Assembly (NCBI GenBank): GCA_016719135.1
Contig: JADKAV010000021.1
Span: 1,900 to 65,899 of the forward strand
DNA from: Micrococcales bacterium
GTDB taxonomy: Bacteria; Actinomycetota; Actinomycetes; S36-B12; UBA10799
DNA: 64,000 nucleotides
Reading direction: 5' to 3'
Numbering within the stretch: the first letter of the stretch is position 1; each line of letters opens with the position of its first letter. The notes beneath the pieces were generated by a model. That model was not told the DNA's origin, searched no databases, and worked only from the letters and a program-made list of their open reading frames with translations. Positions 53,325 to 63,147 of the stretch are shown here, piece after piece. A program made the position numbers and the translations under genes.

Positions 53325-54473
53325 GTGCGCGTATTGGTTGTAGGTTCCGGAGCCCGTGAACACGCCCTGGTCACATCTCTGCTCGCCGATCCGGCGATCA
53401 ACAAGGTGGTGGCCGCGCCTGGCAACGCAGGCATGGCGCAGCAGATCGAGACCCAGCCGCTGGACGTGTCCGACCCGGCAGCGGTGGCGACCCTGGGCCG
53501 CGGGTTCGACCTGGTGGTGATCGGTCCACAACTGGAAGGCAGTAAGGACTTCGCCAAACAGATCATGGTCTCCGCCGGCATCCCGACTGCGGAATCGGAA
53601 ACGGTGTCCGACGCCGAAGCGCTGACCAGAGCCCTCGATCGTTTCGGCGCCCCCTACGTGGTCAAGGATGACGGTCTGGCCGGCGGCAAAGGTGTGGTCG
53701 TCACTGACGACCGGGAAGCGGCACTGAAGCATGGCCGGGCATGTCTCGCAGCTGGCAGCCGGGTGCTTCTTGAGGAGTACCTCGACGGGCCCGAGGCCAG
53801 CGTCTTCTGCATCTGCGACGGCACAACCGTGGTCCCGCTGCTGCCGGCGCAGGACTTCAAGCGGGTGGGTGACGGCGACACCGGCCCGAACACCGGCGGC
53901 ATGGGCGCCTACTGCCCACTGCCATGGGCCGATCCAGATCTTGCGCAATGGACCGTTGAACACGTTGCCCAGCCGGCGCTGTACGAGATGGCCCGGCGAG
54001 GAACCGCCTATCAGGGCGTGCTGTACGTGGGCCTCGCGCTGACCAGCAAAGGACCGCGGGTCGTGGAGTTCAACGTCCGGTTCGGCGACCCCGAGACTCA
54101 GGCTGTGCTGGCACTGCTCGAGACGCCGTTGGGCGGGCTGCTTTCGGCGGCCGCCGCTGGAGACCTGGCAGACGTGCCGCCATTGAGCTGGCGAGACGGC
54201 GCCGCCGTGACGGTGGTGCTCGCGGCTGCCGGATACCCGCAGTCCCCCCGCACCGGCGACGTGATCCGCGGGGCCGACGCCCCCGGCGTCCTGCATGCCG
54301 GCACCGCCATGCGCGACGGGGAACTGGTGTCGTCCGGCGGCCGGGTTCTGAACGTGGTGGCCACTGGCCAGACGCTTGCCGACGCCCGCGAGCAGGCTTA
54401 CGCCACCGTGCGGCGGATCGAACTCGCCGATGGTCACTACCGCACCGACATCGCTCTGGAGGCCAGCCGATGA
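53325..54473 (+). CDS. purD: phosphoribosylamine--glycine ligase, apparently lacking ~27 residues
   Basis: Intact 382-aa ORF: [51 protein letters not shown]. It reads ..DLVVIGP|QLEGSK.., where E. coli PurD has ..[40 protein letters not shown]... Confidence 0.9.
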   Translation: MRVLVVGSGAREHALVTSLLADPAINKVVAAPGNAGMAQQIETQPLDVSDPAAVATLGRGFDLVVIGPQLEGSKDFAKQIMVSAGIPTAESETVSDAEALTRALDRFGAPYVVKDDGLAGGKGVVVTDDREAALKHGRACLAAGSRVLLEEYLDGPEASVFCICDGTTVVPLLPAQDFKRVGDGDTGPNTGGMGAYCPLPWADPDLAQWTVEHVAQPALYEMARRGTAYQGVLYVGLALTSKGPRVVEFNVRFGDPETQAVLALLETPLGGLLSAAAAGDLADVPPLSWRDGAAVTVVLAAAGYPQSPRTGDVIRGADAPGVLHAGTAMRDGELVSSGGRVLNVVATGQTLADAREQAYATVRRIELADGHYRTDIALEASR

Positions 54474-55882
54474 TCCCCAATGTGCTCGCCACCCGCTACG
54501 CGAGCCCGCAGATGACCGACATCTGGTCGGCCCGGAACAAGATCGTTGCCGAGCGCCAGCTGTGGCTCGCGGTTCTGCAGGCGCAGGCCGATCTCGGGGT
54601 GGAAGTGCCGGACGGCGTGCTCGAGGACTACCGTGCGGTCGTCGACCAGGTCGACCTCGCATCCATCGCGGCACGCGAGCGGATCACCCGCCACGACGTG
54701 AAGGCGCGCATCGACGAGTTCAGCGCCTTGGCCGGTCACGAGCACATCCACAAGGGCCTGACCAGCCGCGACCTGACCGAGAACGTCGAGCAGATGCAGG
54801 TCCGGCAGTCGTTGCTGCTGGTGCGCGACAAGACCGTGGCGCTACTTGCCCGGCTGGCCCGGCTGGCCGCCGAGCACGAGGATCTGGCGTTGACCGGCAG
54901 GTCGCACAACGTCGCCGCCCAGACGACGACTTTGGGCAAACGTTTCGCCAGTGCCGCCGACGAGTTGATGGTCGGATACGAGAGGTTGCGGCACTTGATC
55001 GCCGACTATCCCCTGCGTGGGATCAAGGGTCCGGTGGGCACCGCACAGGACATGCTGGACCTGCTCGACAGCGAGGACGCGTTGACCGAGCTCGAACGAC
55101 GCGTCGCGGGTCACCTGGGCTTCGAACGGGTGCTCACTTCCGTCGGGCAGATCTACCCGAGGTCCCTGGACCACGACGTCGTCGGTGCGCTGGTCCAGTT
55201 GGCAGCAGCGCCGTCGAGTCTGGCGACCACCATCCGGCTGATGGCCGGGCATGATCTGGTGACCGAAGGATTCCAGGCCGGTCAGGTCGGCTCGAGCGCC
55301 ATGCCGCACAAGATGAACACGCGTTCCTGCGAGCGGGTCAACGGATTCATGGTGCTGCTGCGCGGATATCAGACCATGGCCGCGGACCTGGCTGGGTCGC
55401 AGTGGAACGAAGGCGACGTGTACTGCTCGGTGGTGCGCCGCGTTGTTCTGCCCGACGCGTTCTTCGCCTTCGACGGGATGCTCGAGACGATGCTGACCGT
55501 GCTCGATGAGTTCGGGGTCTTCGAGGCAGTCGTACAGCGGGAGTTGGACAAGTACCTGCCGTTCCTTGCGACGACGAAGATCCTCATGGCCGCCGTGCGC
55601 TCCGGGGTGGGCCGGGAGACCGCGCACGAGGTGATCAAGGAGAACGCGGTGGCCGCGGCTTTGGATATGCGGGCGACCGGTTGCGATCCGGGCGTGCTGC
55701 AGCGACTGGCAGAAGACCCGAGGCTGCCCTTGGATGCCGACGAGCTGGCCGCGCTCATGTCCGACCCACTGCAGTTCACGGGGGCCGCCGCCTCGCAGGT
55801 GCGAGAAGTCGGTCGACGGGTCGGCGAATTGGTCGGTGAGTATCCGCAGGCCGCGGCCTACGTGCCGGGTGCGATCCTGTAG
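54470..55882 (+). CDS. purB: adenylosuccinate lyase
   Basis: Intact 470-aa ORF. ATG overlaps the purD stop (ATGA). Fumarate-lyase signature GSSAMPHKMNTRS. Confidence 0.9.
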   Translation: MIPNVLATRYASPQMTDIWSARNKIVAERQLWLAVLQAQADLGVEVPDGVLEDYRAVVDQVDLASIAARERITRHDVKARIDEFSALAGHEHIHKGLTSRDLTENVEQMQVRQSLLLVRDKTVALLARLARLAAEHEDLALTGRSHNVAAQTTTLGKRFASAADELMVGYERLRHLIADYPLRGIKGPVGTAQDMLDLLDSEDALTELERRVAGHLGFERVLTSVGQIYPRSLDHDVVGALVQLAAAPSSLATTIRLMAGHDLVTEGFQAGQVGSSAMPHKMNTRSCERVNGFMVLLRGYQTMAADLAGSQWNEGDVYCSVVRRVVLPDAFFAFDGMLETMLTVLDEFGVFEAVVQRELDKYLPFLATTKILMAAVRSGVGRETAHEVIKENAVAAALDMRATGCDPGVLQRLAEDPRLPLDADELAALMSDPLQFTGAAASQVREVGRRVGELVGEYPQAAAYVPGAIL

Positions 55883-56532
55883 CGCCGCCACAGCAACAAC
55901 GCCGTCACGGTGAGCACCCAGGCGCTGGCGTAGAGCCACCCACCGAGCACGTCCGTGGGCCAGTGCACGCCGAAGACGACTCGGCTGGGGCCCATCAACA
56001 CGCCGAAGGCGATCAGCGCAACGCCGACGATCCGGTTCCAGGGTCCGCGCAGCAGGTACAGCGCGACGATGCCGAACACCACCCACCCGTAGATGCCGGC
56101 CATGGTGTGACCGCTGGGGAACGAGAAGCTGTCAGGGGCTTCGAACGGATCCGGCCACACCGGCCGTTGCCGATCGATGGTGCGCTTGACCACCTGCGAG
56201 ATGACCAAGCCACCTATTCCGCACGCTGCCACCCACAACGCCCACCACCGATGGTTGCGCAATAGCACCAGGACCACGACCACGGTGATCGGGAAGAGCA
56301 CGGCTCCGCTTCCCATCAAGGCGAACATTCTGGCCAGTGAAACGGCCCAAGGGTTATCCAGAGCCCATGCGTGGACCGGGTCGGCGATGCCGGTGTCGAT
56401 CGCGGGTGGCCCGGACGCGTTCGCGATCGCTATTGTCAGCGCGATCGCAGCGGCCCACAGTGCGGCCGCAGTGCCAGCGAGCAGGGGAATCCGGTTCCGG
56501 TGAGTGTCGATGCGGACAAGCCTGCCAGTCAC
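55858..56532 (-). CDS. PAP2-family phosphatase (membrane)
   Basis: PAP2 motifs KRTIDRQRP, FPSGHT and SRVVFGVHWPTD. ORF 55858..56838 extends over the repeat element, so GTG 56532 (VTGRLVRIDTH..) is preferred. The 3' end overlaps purB by 25 nt (convergent). Confidence 0.75.
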   Translation of the reverse strand: MTGRLVRIDTHRNRIPLLAGTAAALWAAAIALTIAIANASGPPAIDTGIADPVHAWALDNPWAVSLARMFALMGSGAVLFPITVVVVLVLLRNHRWWALWVAACGIGGLVISQVVKRTIDRQRPVWPDPFEAPDSFSFPSGHTMAGIYGWVVFGIVALYLLRGPWNRIVGVALIAFGVLMGPSRVVFGVHWPTDVLGGWLYASAWVLTVTALLLWRRYRIAPGT

Positions 56533-56618
56533 GACTTGGCAGCGTCCAACCGCCGGGTATTGGAGCAGGTGAACGGCCGCCCCCGCGCTGTGGCGCAGTG
56601 CGGTGCCCGGCGAGCAGT

Positions 56619-56793
56619 CCGGCCCGGGGCAGGCGTTGGAGTCATGTACGGGCGTTGGACAACCGCACGTCCGTTGGAGTTGCGCGGTCCGTGGATCTCC
56701 AACGTGTGTACCGATCTCCAACGTGTGTACCCAACTCTCACGGCTGTGGGCCGGTGCGCGGGCGCAGTCCACCCCGGCGCAGGCATTGGGGTT
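56619..56793 (+). repeat. fourth copy of the ~135-bp GTTGGA-box repeat plus a ~25-bp partial copy
   Basis: 56619-56750 aligns with 41082-41213 (..GGCAGGCGTTGGAGTCATGTACGGGCGTTGGACAACCGCACGTCCGTTGGAGTTGCGCGGTCCGTGGATCTCCAACGTGTGTACCGATCTCCAACGTGTGTACCCAACTCTCACGG..). 56770-56793 repeats the 5' end (CCCCGGCGCAGGCATTGGGGTT). It lies between divergent PAP2 and purC. Confidence 0.85.
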
Positions 56794-57003
56794 AAGGCAG
56801 CCGTGGAGGCGACCACCCCCAGAAAAACCGAGTTCCACGCATCAGAAGGCGACCGTCAGGCTGTCGAGACTCCCCGCTTTCTCAATCACGAGCCAGGGGG
56901 CAGCCCAGAACGCACGTATCCCAAAAACCGCCTTGTCTGTCTTGGCAGGCCCGCAAGCCGGTCACGTTCGCCGACCCACGGCCGGCCCCGCTAGCGTGGG
57001 ACG

Positions 57004-57879
57004 GTGGCAGCAGATCCGATCCCGGGCTGGACCCATGTCTATTCCGGGAAAGTCCGTGACCTCTACGCCGATGACGGGCGGCTGCTGTTCGTGGCCTCCG
57101 ACCGCATCAGCGCCTACGACTGGGTTCTGCCGACACCCATCCCCGACAAGGGCCGGATCCTGACGGCGATGTCGTTGTGGTGGTTCGAGCGGCTGGCCGG
57201 CATCGTCGACAACCATGTGATCAGCGCCGACGTGCCGCAGCAGGTCGCCGGTCGTGCGGTGGTGTGCGAACGCCTGCAGATGCTGCCCGTTGAGTGTGTT
57301 GTGCGCGGTTACCTCAGTGGTTCGGGATGGGTCGACTATCAGGCCGATGGCGCCGTGTGCGGCGTCAAACTGCCCGACGGCCTGCAGGAGTCGCAGCGGC
57401 TTCCCGAGCCGATCTTCACCCCTGCGACAAAAGCGGCGATCGGCGATCACGACCAGAACATCGACTTCGGCGCAGTGGTGGATCTGGTCGGCGAAGATGT
57501 CGCCGAGCGGCTTCGCCATCTTTCGGTGCAGGTCTACACGTTTGCGCACGAGGTTGCAGCCAGCAGAGGGCTGATCCTGGCGGACACCAAGTTCGAGTTC
57601 GGGGTTCGCGGTGACGGCAGAATCGTGCTGGCCGACGAGGTGCTGACGCCGGATTCCTCACGTTTCTGGGATACATCCTCCTGGTCTCCCGGGGCCGCCC
57701 CGCCCAGTTTCGACAAACAATTCGTCCGGGACTGGCTGCGACTGGAATCGGGGTGGGACCCCTCCTCGGAGCAGGCGCCGCCCCCGCTTCCCGACGACGT
57801 GGTGCGGCAGACCCGCGGCAAGTATGTGCAAGCGTTCGAAATACTCACGGGGCAGAAGTTCGAGGGGGAGCAGCGATGA
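57004..57879 (+). CDS. purC: phosphoribosylaminoimidazole-succinocarboxamide (SAICAR) synthase
   Basis: Intact 291-aa ORF (GTG start): YSGKVRDLY, ASDRISAYDWVLPTPIPDKG, LADTKFEFG, DEVLTPDSSRFW. Confidence 0.9.
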   Translation: MAADPIPGWTHVYSGKVRDLYADDGRLLFVASDRISAYDWVLPTPIPDKGRILTAMSLWWFERLAGIVDNHVISADVPQQVAGRAVVCERLQMLPVECVVRGYLSGSGWVDYQADGAVCGVKLPDGLQESQRLPEPIFTPATKAAIGDHDQNIDFGAVVDLVGEDVAERLRHLSVQVYTFAHEVAASRGLILADTKFEFGVRGDGRIVLADEVLTPDSSRFWDTSSWSPGAAPPSFDKQFVRDWLRLESGWDPSSEQAPPPLPDDVVRQTRGKYVQAFEILTGQKFEGEQR

Positions 57880-58849
57880 CGACGTGGATGCTGACCGGAG
57901 GTGCCGGCTACATCGGCGCCCACGTGCTGCGGGCGCTGCAGGCCAGCGGCCGCGAGGTGGTGGTGCTCGACGATCTGTCCACCGGGGTGGCAGCGAAAGT
58001 GCCCGACGGAGTGCCGTTGTTGAGGGCCAATGTCGGGGACCGGATGACGGTCGGCGCGGCGTTGCGCGACTTCGACGTGACGGGCGTGGTCCACCTGGCG
58101 GCCAAGAAGGCCGTTGGCGAGTCGGTGGAGCAGCCTGAGTTCTACTACCGCGAGAACGTCGACGGGATGTTGTCGCTGTTGGAGGCCATGGCGGATGCGG
58201 GCACAAGCGCCCTGGTCTATTCCTCGTCGGCAGCGGTCTATGGCAACCCCAGCGAGGAGTTCGTCAGCGAGAATGCACCGCTGATTCCCGAGTCCCCGTA
58301 CGGCCAGACCAAGGTGATCGGCGAGTGGATGACCCGCAACAGCGCCGTCAACCGGGACCTGTCGTGGACGGCTTTGCGGTACTTCAACGTCGCGGGGGCC
58401 GCGAGTCCGGAACTCGGCGACACCAGCGTGTTCAACCTGATCCCCATGGTCTTTCGTGCCCTGGCCGAGGACCGCCGCCCGCAGGTGTTCGGCGATGATT
58501 ACCCGACTCCGGACGGCTCCTGCATCCGCGACTACATCCACGTGGCCGACCTCGCGGACGCCCATGTTGCGGCCGCAGCGGCATGTGTGAGCGGCCCGGG
58601 GTCGGCGAGGCCTACAACGTCGGTCGGGGGCAGGGAGTGTCCGTCTTCGAAGTCATGACCGTCATCAGCGAGGTCGTCGGCTTCGACGTCAATGCCGAGG
58701 TGGGTGCGCGGCGTGCCGGCGATCCGGCGCAGTTGGTGGCGTGCGCGGAAAAGATCAACAACGACCTGGGATGGTCGGCCAAATACGACCTGCGCGAGAT
58801 GGTCACCAGCGCCTGGGCGGCCTGGAATCAGCCCGAGCGGAATCCGTGA
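57876..58849 (+). CDS. galE: UDP-glucose 4-epimerase; frame broken near 58580
   Basis: ATG 57876 overlaps the purC stop (ATGA). LTGGAGYIGAH, YGQTK (YxxxK), RYFNVAGA, DGSCIRDYIHVADLADAH. The C-terminal part is in ORF 58583..58849 (..GEAYNVGRGQGVSVFEV..). Confidence 0.85.
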
Positions 58850-58888
58850 ACCGGCCACGCGTCGTCACCAGTTCGTAGACTCAGCACC

Positions 58889-60250
58889 ATGTGGCACGCG
58901 CTGAAGTCGGCTGGGACGCTCGATGACCGCATCCAGCGCGGGCTGGACGCGCGCAACCGTGTCCCGCACGACGCCCACGCCGACCTCTACCGGTCCCAGG
59001 TGCGCCCCGATCCACTGCGCCTGGTGCTCGAGCAGGACCAGGGCCGACTGCCTTCGTTGATCCCCCTGCGGCGCCAGCGGATGTCCGCCGACGTGCACCA
59101 GTACTTCCGCGGCAGCGACGTGGTGATGGCAGCGGATCTTGCGGTGACGCCGGTGTCGGAGATCAACGTGCAGGCCAGCGGTGACGTGGACGTCCTGAGC
59201 TTCGGCTACTACCTGCCTCCGGACGGGGCGCCGGTGTTCGACGTCGGTTACTTCGACGAAACCCTGCGGGCGCCCTGGGAGTGGGACGTCAAGCGGATGG
59301 CCGCCAGCATGGCCGTCGCGGTGGGGGCACGGGGCGGAGCGGCCAAGGACCAGCGAGTGGTTGCGCGGGCTGCGGTCGAAGGCTACCGGCGAGGAATGGC
59401 GTGGGCGGCCGGGCAGGACCGGCTGAACCTGTGGTTCGCGCGCATCCCGCAGGCCGAGGTGGATCGGGCGATCGACAAGCCCAGCAAGAAACGCCGTGAT
59501 CTGGCGTTCGCCGAAGAGGACCTGCTCTACGACGATATGACCATCGAGGTCGACGGCAACTGCCTGCTGCGGCACACACCACCGATCTATGGGCTGACCG
59601 AATGGCTCAGCGAGGCCGACGCGGTGCGGGTTCACGACGGCATGGTCGCGATCATGAGTGGTTACGCCACCTCCGTGTCACCCGAGGTGCAGCAGATGCT
59701 CAGCGAGTATCGGATCTCCGACATCGCGATGCTCGCGCGCGGCGTGTCCGATGTCGGTTTGCGTTCATTCATCGTCCTGCTGCAGGGCACACGTCGGCAG
59801 GAGCGCTTCGCGTTGCAGGTGAAGGAGGCCCGGCAATCGGTGCTGCATCCATACGTCCTTCCCGAATTCCGGCACCGCGGCAATCAGGCCCGCCGGATAG
59901 CGATGGGCCAGGCCCTGATCCAGTCGCAGCCCGATCCGTTGCTGGGCTACAGCCGCTGGCAGGACCGCGATTACTGTGTGAGCCAGTTGCGGCCGGTGGT
60001 CAGCGGTTACCTGCGGATGAATCAACCGAACCTGCCGCGGTTCGCCCGCCTGTGCGGGTTCACCCTCGCGCGGTCCCACGCCGTGACCGGCGATCGGATC
60101 GCCATCGATGCGTACCTCGGGGACTCGGACTCGTTCGTCAAGGCTGTGTCACGCTATGCGGTCCGTTACGCGGAGGTGGCAGAAGCGGACTACACGCAGT
60201 TCGCGAAGTTCGTGGCGGACGAACAGGTGCAGATACCGCCAGACGACTGA
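58889..60250 (+). CDS. DUF2252 domain-containing protein
   Basis: Intact 453-aa ORF. LVLEQDQGRLPSLIPLRRQRMSADVHQYFRGS.., FDVGYFDETLRAPWEWDVKRMAAS.., ..TLARSHAVTGD.. match my memory of DUF2252 proteins. Confidence 0.7.
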   Translation: MWHALKSAGTLDDRIQRGLDARNRVPHDAHADLYRSQVRPDPLRLVLEQDQGRLPSLIPLRRQRMSADVHQYFRGSDVVMAADLAVTPVSEINVQASGDVDVLSFGYYLPPDGAPVFDVGYFDETLRAPWEWDVKRMAASMAVAVGARGGAAKDQRVVARAAVEGYRRGMAWAAGQDRLNLWFARIPQAEVDRAIDKPSKKRRDLAFAEEDLLYDDMTIEVDGNCLLRHTPPIYGLTEWLSEADAVRVHDGMVAIMSGYATSVSPEVQQMLSEYRISDIAMLARGVSDVGLRSFIVLLQGTRRQERFALQVKEARQSVLHPYVLPEFRHRGNQARRIAMGQALIQSQPDPLLGYSRWQDRDYCVSQLRPVVSGYLRMNQPNLPRFARLCGFTLARSHAVTGDRIAIDAYLGDSDSFVKAVSRYAVRYAEVAEADYTQFAKFVADEQVQIPPDD

Positions 60251-60300
60251 GCCGGCCCCCGTTTCCGCCGGTCTAGATCCGCACGGCCTAGAGTGAACTC

Positions 60301-60543
60301 GTGCCACGAATCATCGTCGAAGTGATGCCCAAGGCCGAACTGCTCGACCCGCAGGGACAGGCCGTGCAGGCTGCCCTCGGCCGGCTCGGCGTGGACGGGG
60401 TCGTGTCGGTCCGGCAGGGCAAACGCTTCGAGATCGAGGTGGAGGGCCAGCTCAGCGAGCAGCGCATGATCGAACTCGAACACGTCGCGGAGACGTTGCT
60501 CGCCAACCCGGTGATCGAGAACCACCAGCTCACCGTCGAGTAG
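60301..60543 (+). CDS. purS: phosphoribosylformylglycinamidine synthase subunit PurS
   Basis: Intact 80-aa ORF: MPRIIVEVMPKAELLDPQGQAVQAALGRLG..VRQGKRFEIEV..LANPVIE. Confidence 0.85.
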   Translation: MPRIIVEVMPKAELLDPQGQAVQAALGRLGVDGVVSVRQGKRFEIEVEGQLSEQRMIELEHVAETLLANPVIENHQLTVE

Positions 60544-60550
60544 TCGCTGG

Positions 60551-60580
60551 GGAGAGCAGCGGTGACTGCTGTTCTCCTTT
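60551..60580 (+). terminator. hairpin plus T-run after purS
   Basis: GGAGAGCAGC (60551-60560) pairs with GCTGTTCTCC (60568-60577), one mismatch, followed by TTT. Confidence 0.45.
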
Positions 60581-60719
60581 CGGTGAAGAAACGACCCAGC
60601 ACTGGTTGGCTCCTCACCCAAACCCCACCCCGGATTCCTAGGGTTTTCGCTGCCGCATCGCGTGTGGTGGAGGTCACACGGCCGTGACGTTTCCCGCAAT
60701 CGCTGCCCGGGAATCTTGT

Positions 60720-60754
60720 GAGTGTCCGGCTCCGTTTGGGGGAGCCGGACACTC
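60720..60754. promoter_or_regulatory. perfect 14-bp inverted repeat 32 bp upstream of the FMO gene
   Basis: GAGTGTCCGGCTCC (60720-60733), 7-nt spacer GTTTGGG, GGAGCCGGACACTC (60741-60754). The FMO ATG is at 60786. Confidence 0.5.
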
Positions 60755-60785
60755 ATAAACCCCCCTGTTCCGAAAGGACCTTCGC

Positions 60786-62150
60786 ATGGCTGCGCCCTCC
60801 ACACCGTCCCCCCGCATCGGCGTTATCGGAGGGGGTGCAGCAGGCATCACCGCGGTGAAGGAACTCATCGAGCGCGGTGTGGATGTCGTCGGTTTCGAGA
60901 AGGGTGACGGCATCGGTGGCCTCTGGGTCTACGAGAACACCAGCGGTCTTTCCCCGGCCTACGAGTCGTTGCACTTGAACACGTCCAAGGGCCGCACCGA
61001 GTTCGCCGACTACCCGATGCCCGCGCAGTGGGAGGACTACCCCGCGGCGGAGAAGGTCGCCGGCTACCTGCAGGACTACGCCGACCACTTCGGTGTCACC
61101 GAGAAGTACCTCTTCAACACCACCGTCACGGCCGTCGAGCGCGACGAGGATGGCTGGACCATCACCACCGATGACGGCGAGATCTTCGAACTCGACGGGG
61201 TCGTCGTGGCCAACGGCCACAACTGGGACCCGCGCTGGCCGAACCCGCAGTACCCGGGTCGGTTCAACGGTGAGCAGATGCACGCCCACGACTACCGCAA
61301 GGCCGAGACGTTCCGCGACAAGCGCGTCCTGGTCGTGGGAATGGGCAACTCCGCCATGGACATCGCAGTCGACGCTTCTTACGTCGCCGACGACGTGATG
61401 CTCAGCGCCCGGCACGGCTCCTACATCGTGCCCAAGTACCTCTTCGGCCGGCCCGCCGACGCCACCAACGGTGCGCTTGCGGTGCTGCCGTGGAAGGTAC
61501 GCCAGGTCATCGCGCAGACGATGCTCGGTTTCGCGGTGGGCAAACCGCAGGACTACGGCTTGCTCAAGCCGTCGTTCGGGCTGTTCCAGAACCACCCGAC
61601 CATCTCCGACACGATCCTGCACCGCATCACCCACGGCGAGGTCCGGCCGGTGCGCGGCATCGAACGCTTCGACGGCGACAGCGTGGTGTTCACCGACGGT
61701 TCGGTCGAGCAGGTCGACATCATCGTGTGGGCCACCGGCTACCGCGTCACCATTCCGTTCCTGAGCCAGGACTGGCTCGGTAACGACGCCGAGGCCATGC
61801 CGCTGTACAAGCGCGTGTTCCACACCGCCGACCCGACGCTGACGTTCGTCGGACTCATGCAGTCCACCGGCGCGGCCCTGCCGGTCGTGGAGGCGCAGTC
61901 CAAGCTGGCCGCCGCCTACTTCGCAGGGGACTACGCGCTGCCGCGGGAGTCCGATGTGGACAAGGCCATCGCCAAGGCGCACAGTGACGCGGTCGACCGC
62001 TGGGGTCAGAAGCGTCCGATGATGCGCATCGACTTCGACCACTTCATCGGTGACGCTGCCAAGGAATTGCGCAACGGTGCCTCCAGGGTGCGACGGGGTA
62101 TGCCCTCGTTCAGCCCGAGCGCCCGCACCCGCGTCGCCGTGCCCGCCTGA
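60786..62150 (+). CDS. flavin-containing monooxygenase (NAD(P)/FAD-dependent)
   Basis: Intact 454-aa ORF. FAD GxGxxG (VIGGGAAG), FNGEQMHAHDY (FMO-type FxGxxxHxxxY), second dinucleotide site VVGMGNSAMD. Confidence 0.8.
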   Translation: MAAPSTPSPRIGVIGGGAAGITAVKELIERGVDVVGFEKGDGIGGLWVYENTSGLSPAYESLHLNTSKGRTEFADYPMPAQWEDYPAAEKVAGYLQDYADHFGVTEKYLFNTTVTAVERDEDGWTITTDDGEIFELDGVVVANGHNWDPRWPNPQYPGRFNGEQMHAHDYRKAETFRDKRVLVVGMGNSAMDIAVDASYVADDVMLSARHGSYIVPKYLFGRPADATNGALAVLPWKVRQVIAQTMLGFAVGKPQDYGLLKPSFGLFQNHPTISDTILHRITHGEVRPVRGIERFDGDSVVFTDGSVEQVDIIVWATGYRVTIPFLSQDWLGNDAEAMPLYKRVFHTADPTLTFVGLMQSTGAALPVVEAQSKLAAAYFAGDYALPRESDVDKAIAKAHSDAVDRWGQKRPMMRIDFDHFIGDAAKELRNGASRVRRGMPSFSPSARTRVAVPA

Positions 62151-62176
62151 CCACCTGAATCTCTGAGGAAACCATC

Positions 62177-62980
62177 ATGAAACTGCCCTACCTGCACGAC
62201 GAAATGGACGCCCGCGGCAAACGCGTGCTGATCACCGGCGCGAGCGGAACGTTCGGCGCGGCCATCGCCGAGGCGTTCGTCGCCCGTGGCGCCGAGGTCG
62301 TCGGCCTGGACCTGCACCCGCAGCCCGCGGACACGATCGAGGTCATCGCCTGCGACATCACGGATAACGACTCCGTTGTCGCCGGTGTCGACAAAGCCAT
62401 CGAACTGCTCGGCGGCCTGGACATCCTCATCAACAACGCCGGTACCGGCGGGCCGGCGCCTGCCGAGTTCGCCCCTGACGACGAGCTGTACCGGCAACTG
62501 GAGATCAACCTGATCGGCGCCTGGCGGGTCACCGCGGCGTGTGTGCCGGCGCTGACCGAATCCCGCGGTCGGATCGTGATGGTCGCCTCCCGGATGGCCG
62601 TCATGCAACTCCCGCTGGCAGCGGCCTACGGAGTGAGCAAGCGCGCGATGGTGGCCTATGCCGACGCACTGCGCCTGGAACTGTCGACCCATGTCGGTGT
62701 CACGACCGTCTACCCGTCGGCGGTGCGCAGCCCGATCCACAACTCGACCAAGGAGGCCGGACTCTCCCTGGAGGGGATGAGTGTCTACGAGCCGCTGGAG
62801 GGCGTGGTCGGCGCCATCGTCAACGCTGCCCTGTCACGCACGGTGCGCCGCGACGTACCGACCAGTCGCCGCGGTGAACTCGAGTTTTTCGCGTCGCGCC
62901 ACTTCCCGTTCCTGGTGGACCAGATGGTCAACCGGACCCTGAGCAAGCGCATCCTGTCCGGGCGCGTTCGACTCTGCTGA
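62177..62980 (+). CDS. SDR family oxidoreductase
   Basis: Intact 267-aa ORF: VLITGASGTFG, NNAG, catalytic YGVSK. Confidence 0.8.
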   Translation: MKLPYLHDEMDARGKRVLITGASGTFGAAIAEAFVARGAEVVGLDLHPQPADTIEVIACDITDNDSVVAGVDKAIELLGGLDILINNAGTGGPAPAEFAPDDELYRQLEINLIGAWRVTAACVPALTESRGRIVMVASRMAVMQLPLAAAYGVSKRAMVAYADALRLELSTHVGVTTVYPSAVRSPIHNSTKEAGLSLEGMSVYEPLEGVVGAIVNAALSRTVRRDVPTSRRGELEFFASRHFPFLVDQMVNRTLSKRILSGRVRLC

Positions 62981-63147
62981 ACTGGCCCGCGGCGTGGTAT
63001 CCCGCCACCGCACCTGACCCCACCGACCGGCCGCTTCGTCATCGACGAACCGGCCCCAGGGCTGGCCCGGCCGCCTACCAACCGCCGGGCCAGCCCAACT
63101 CCCGCCTGTCCGCTTGCCCGAAACCCCCGTCTGCCCGAGGAACTCCC

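Noticed and set aside
60753-62042. 429-aa ORF on the minus strand (similar cases at 54842..56086 and 57534..58565)
   Set aside because: These are antisense to the FMO, purB and galE genes respectively, all of which carry family signatures.
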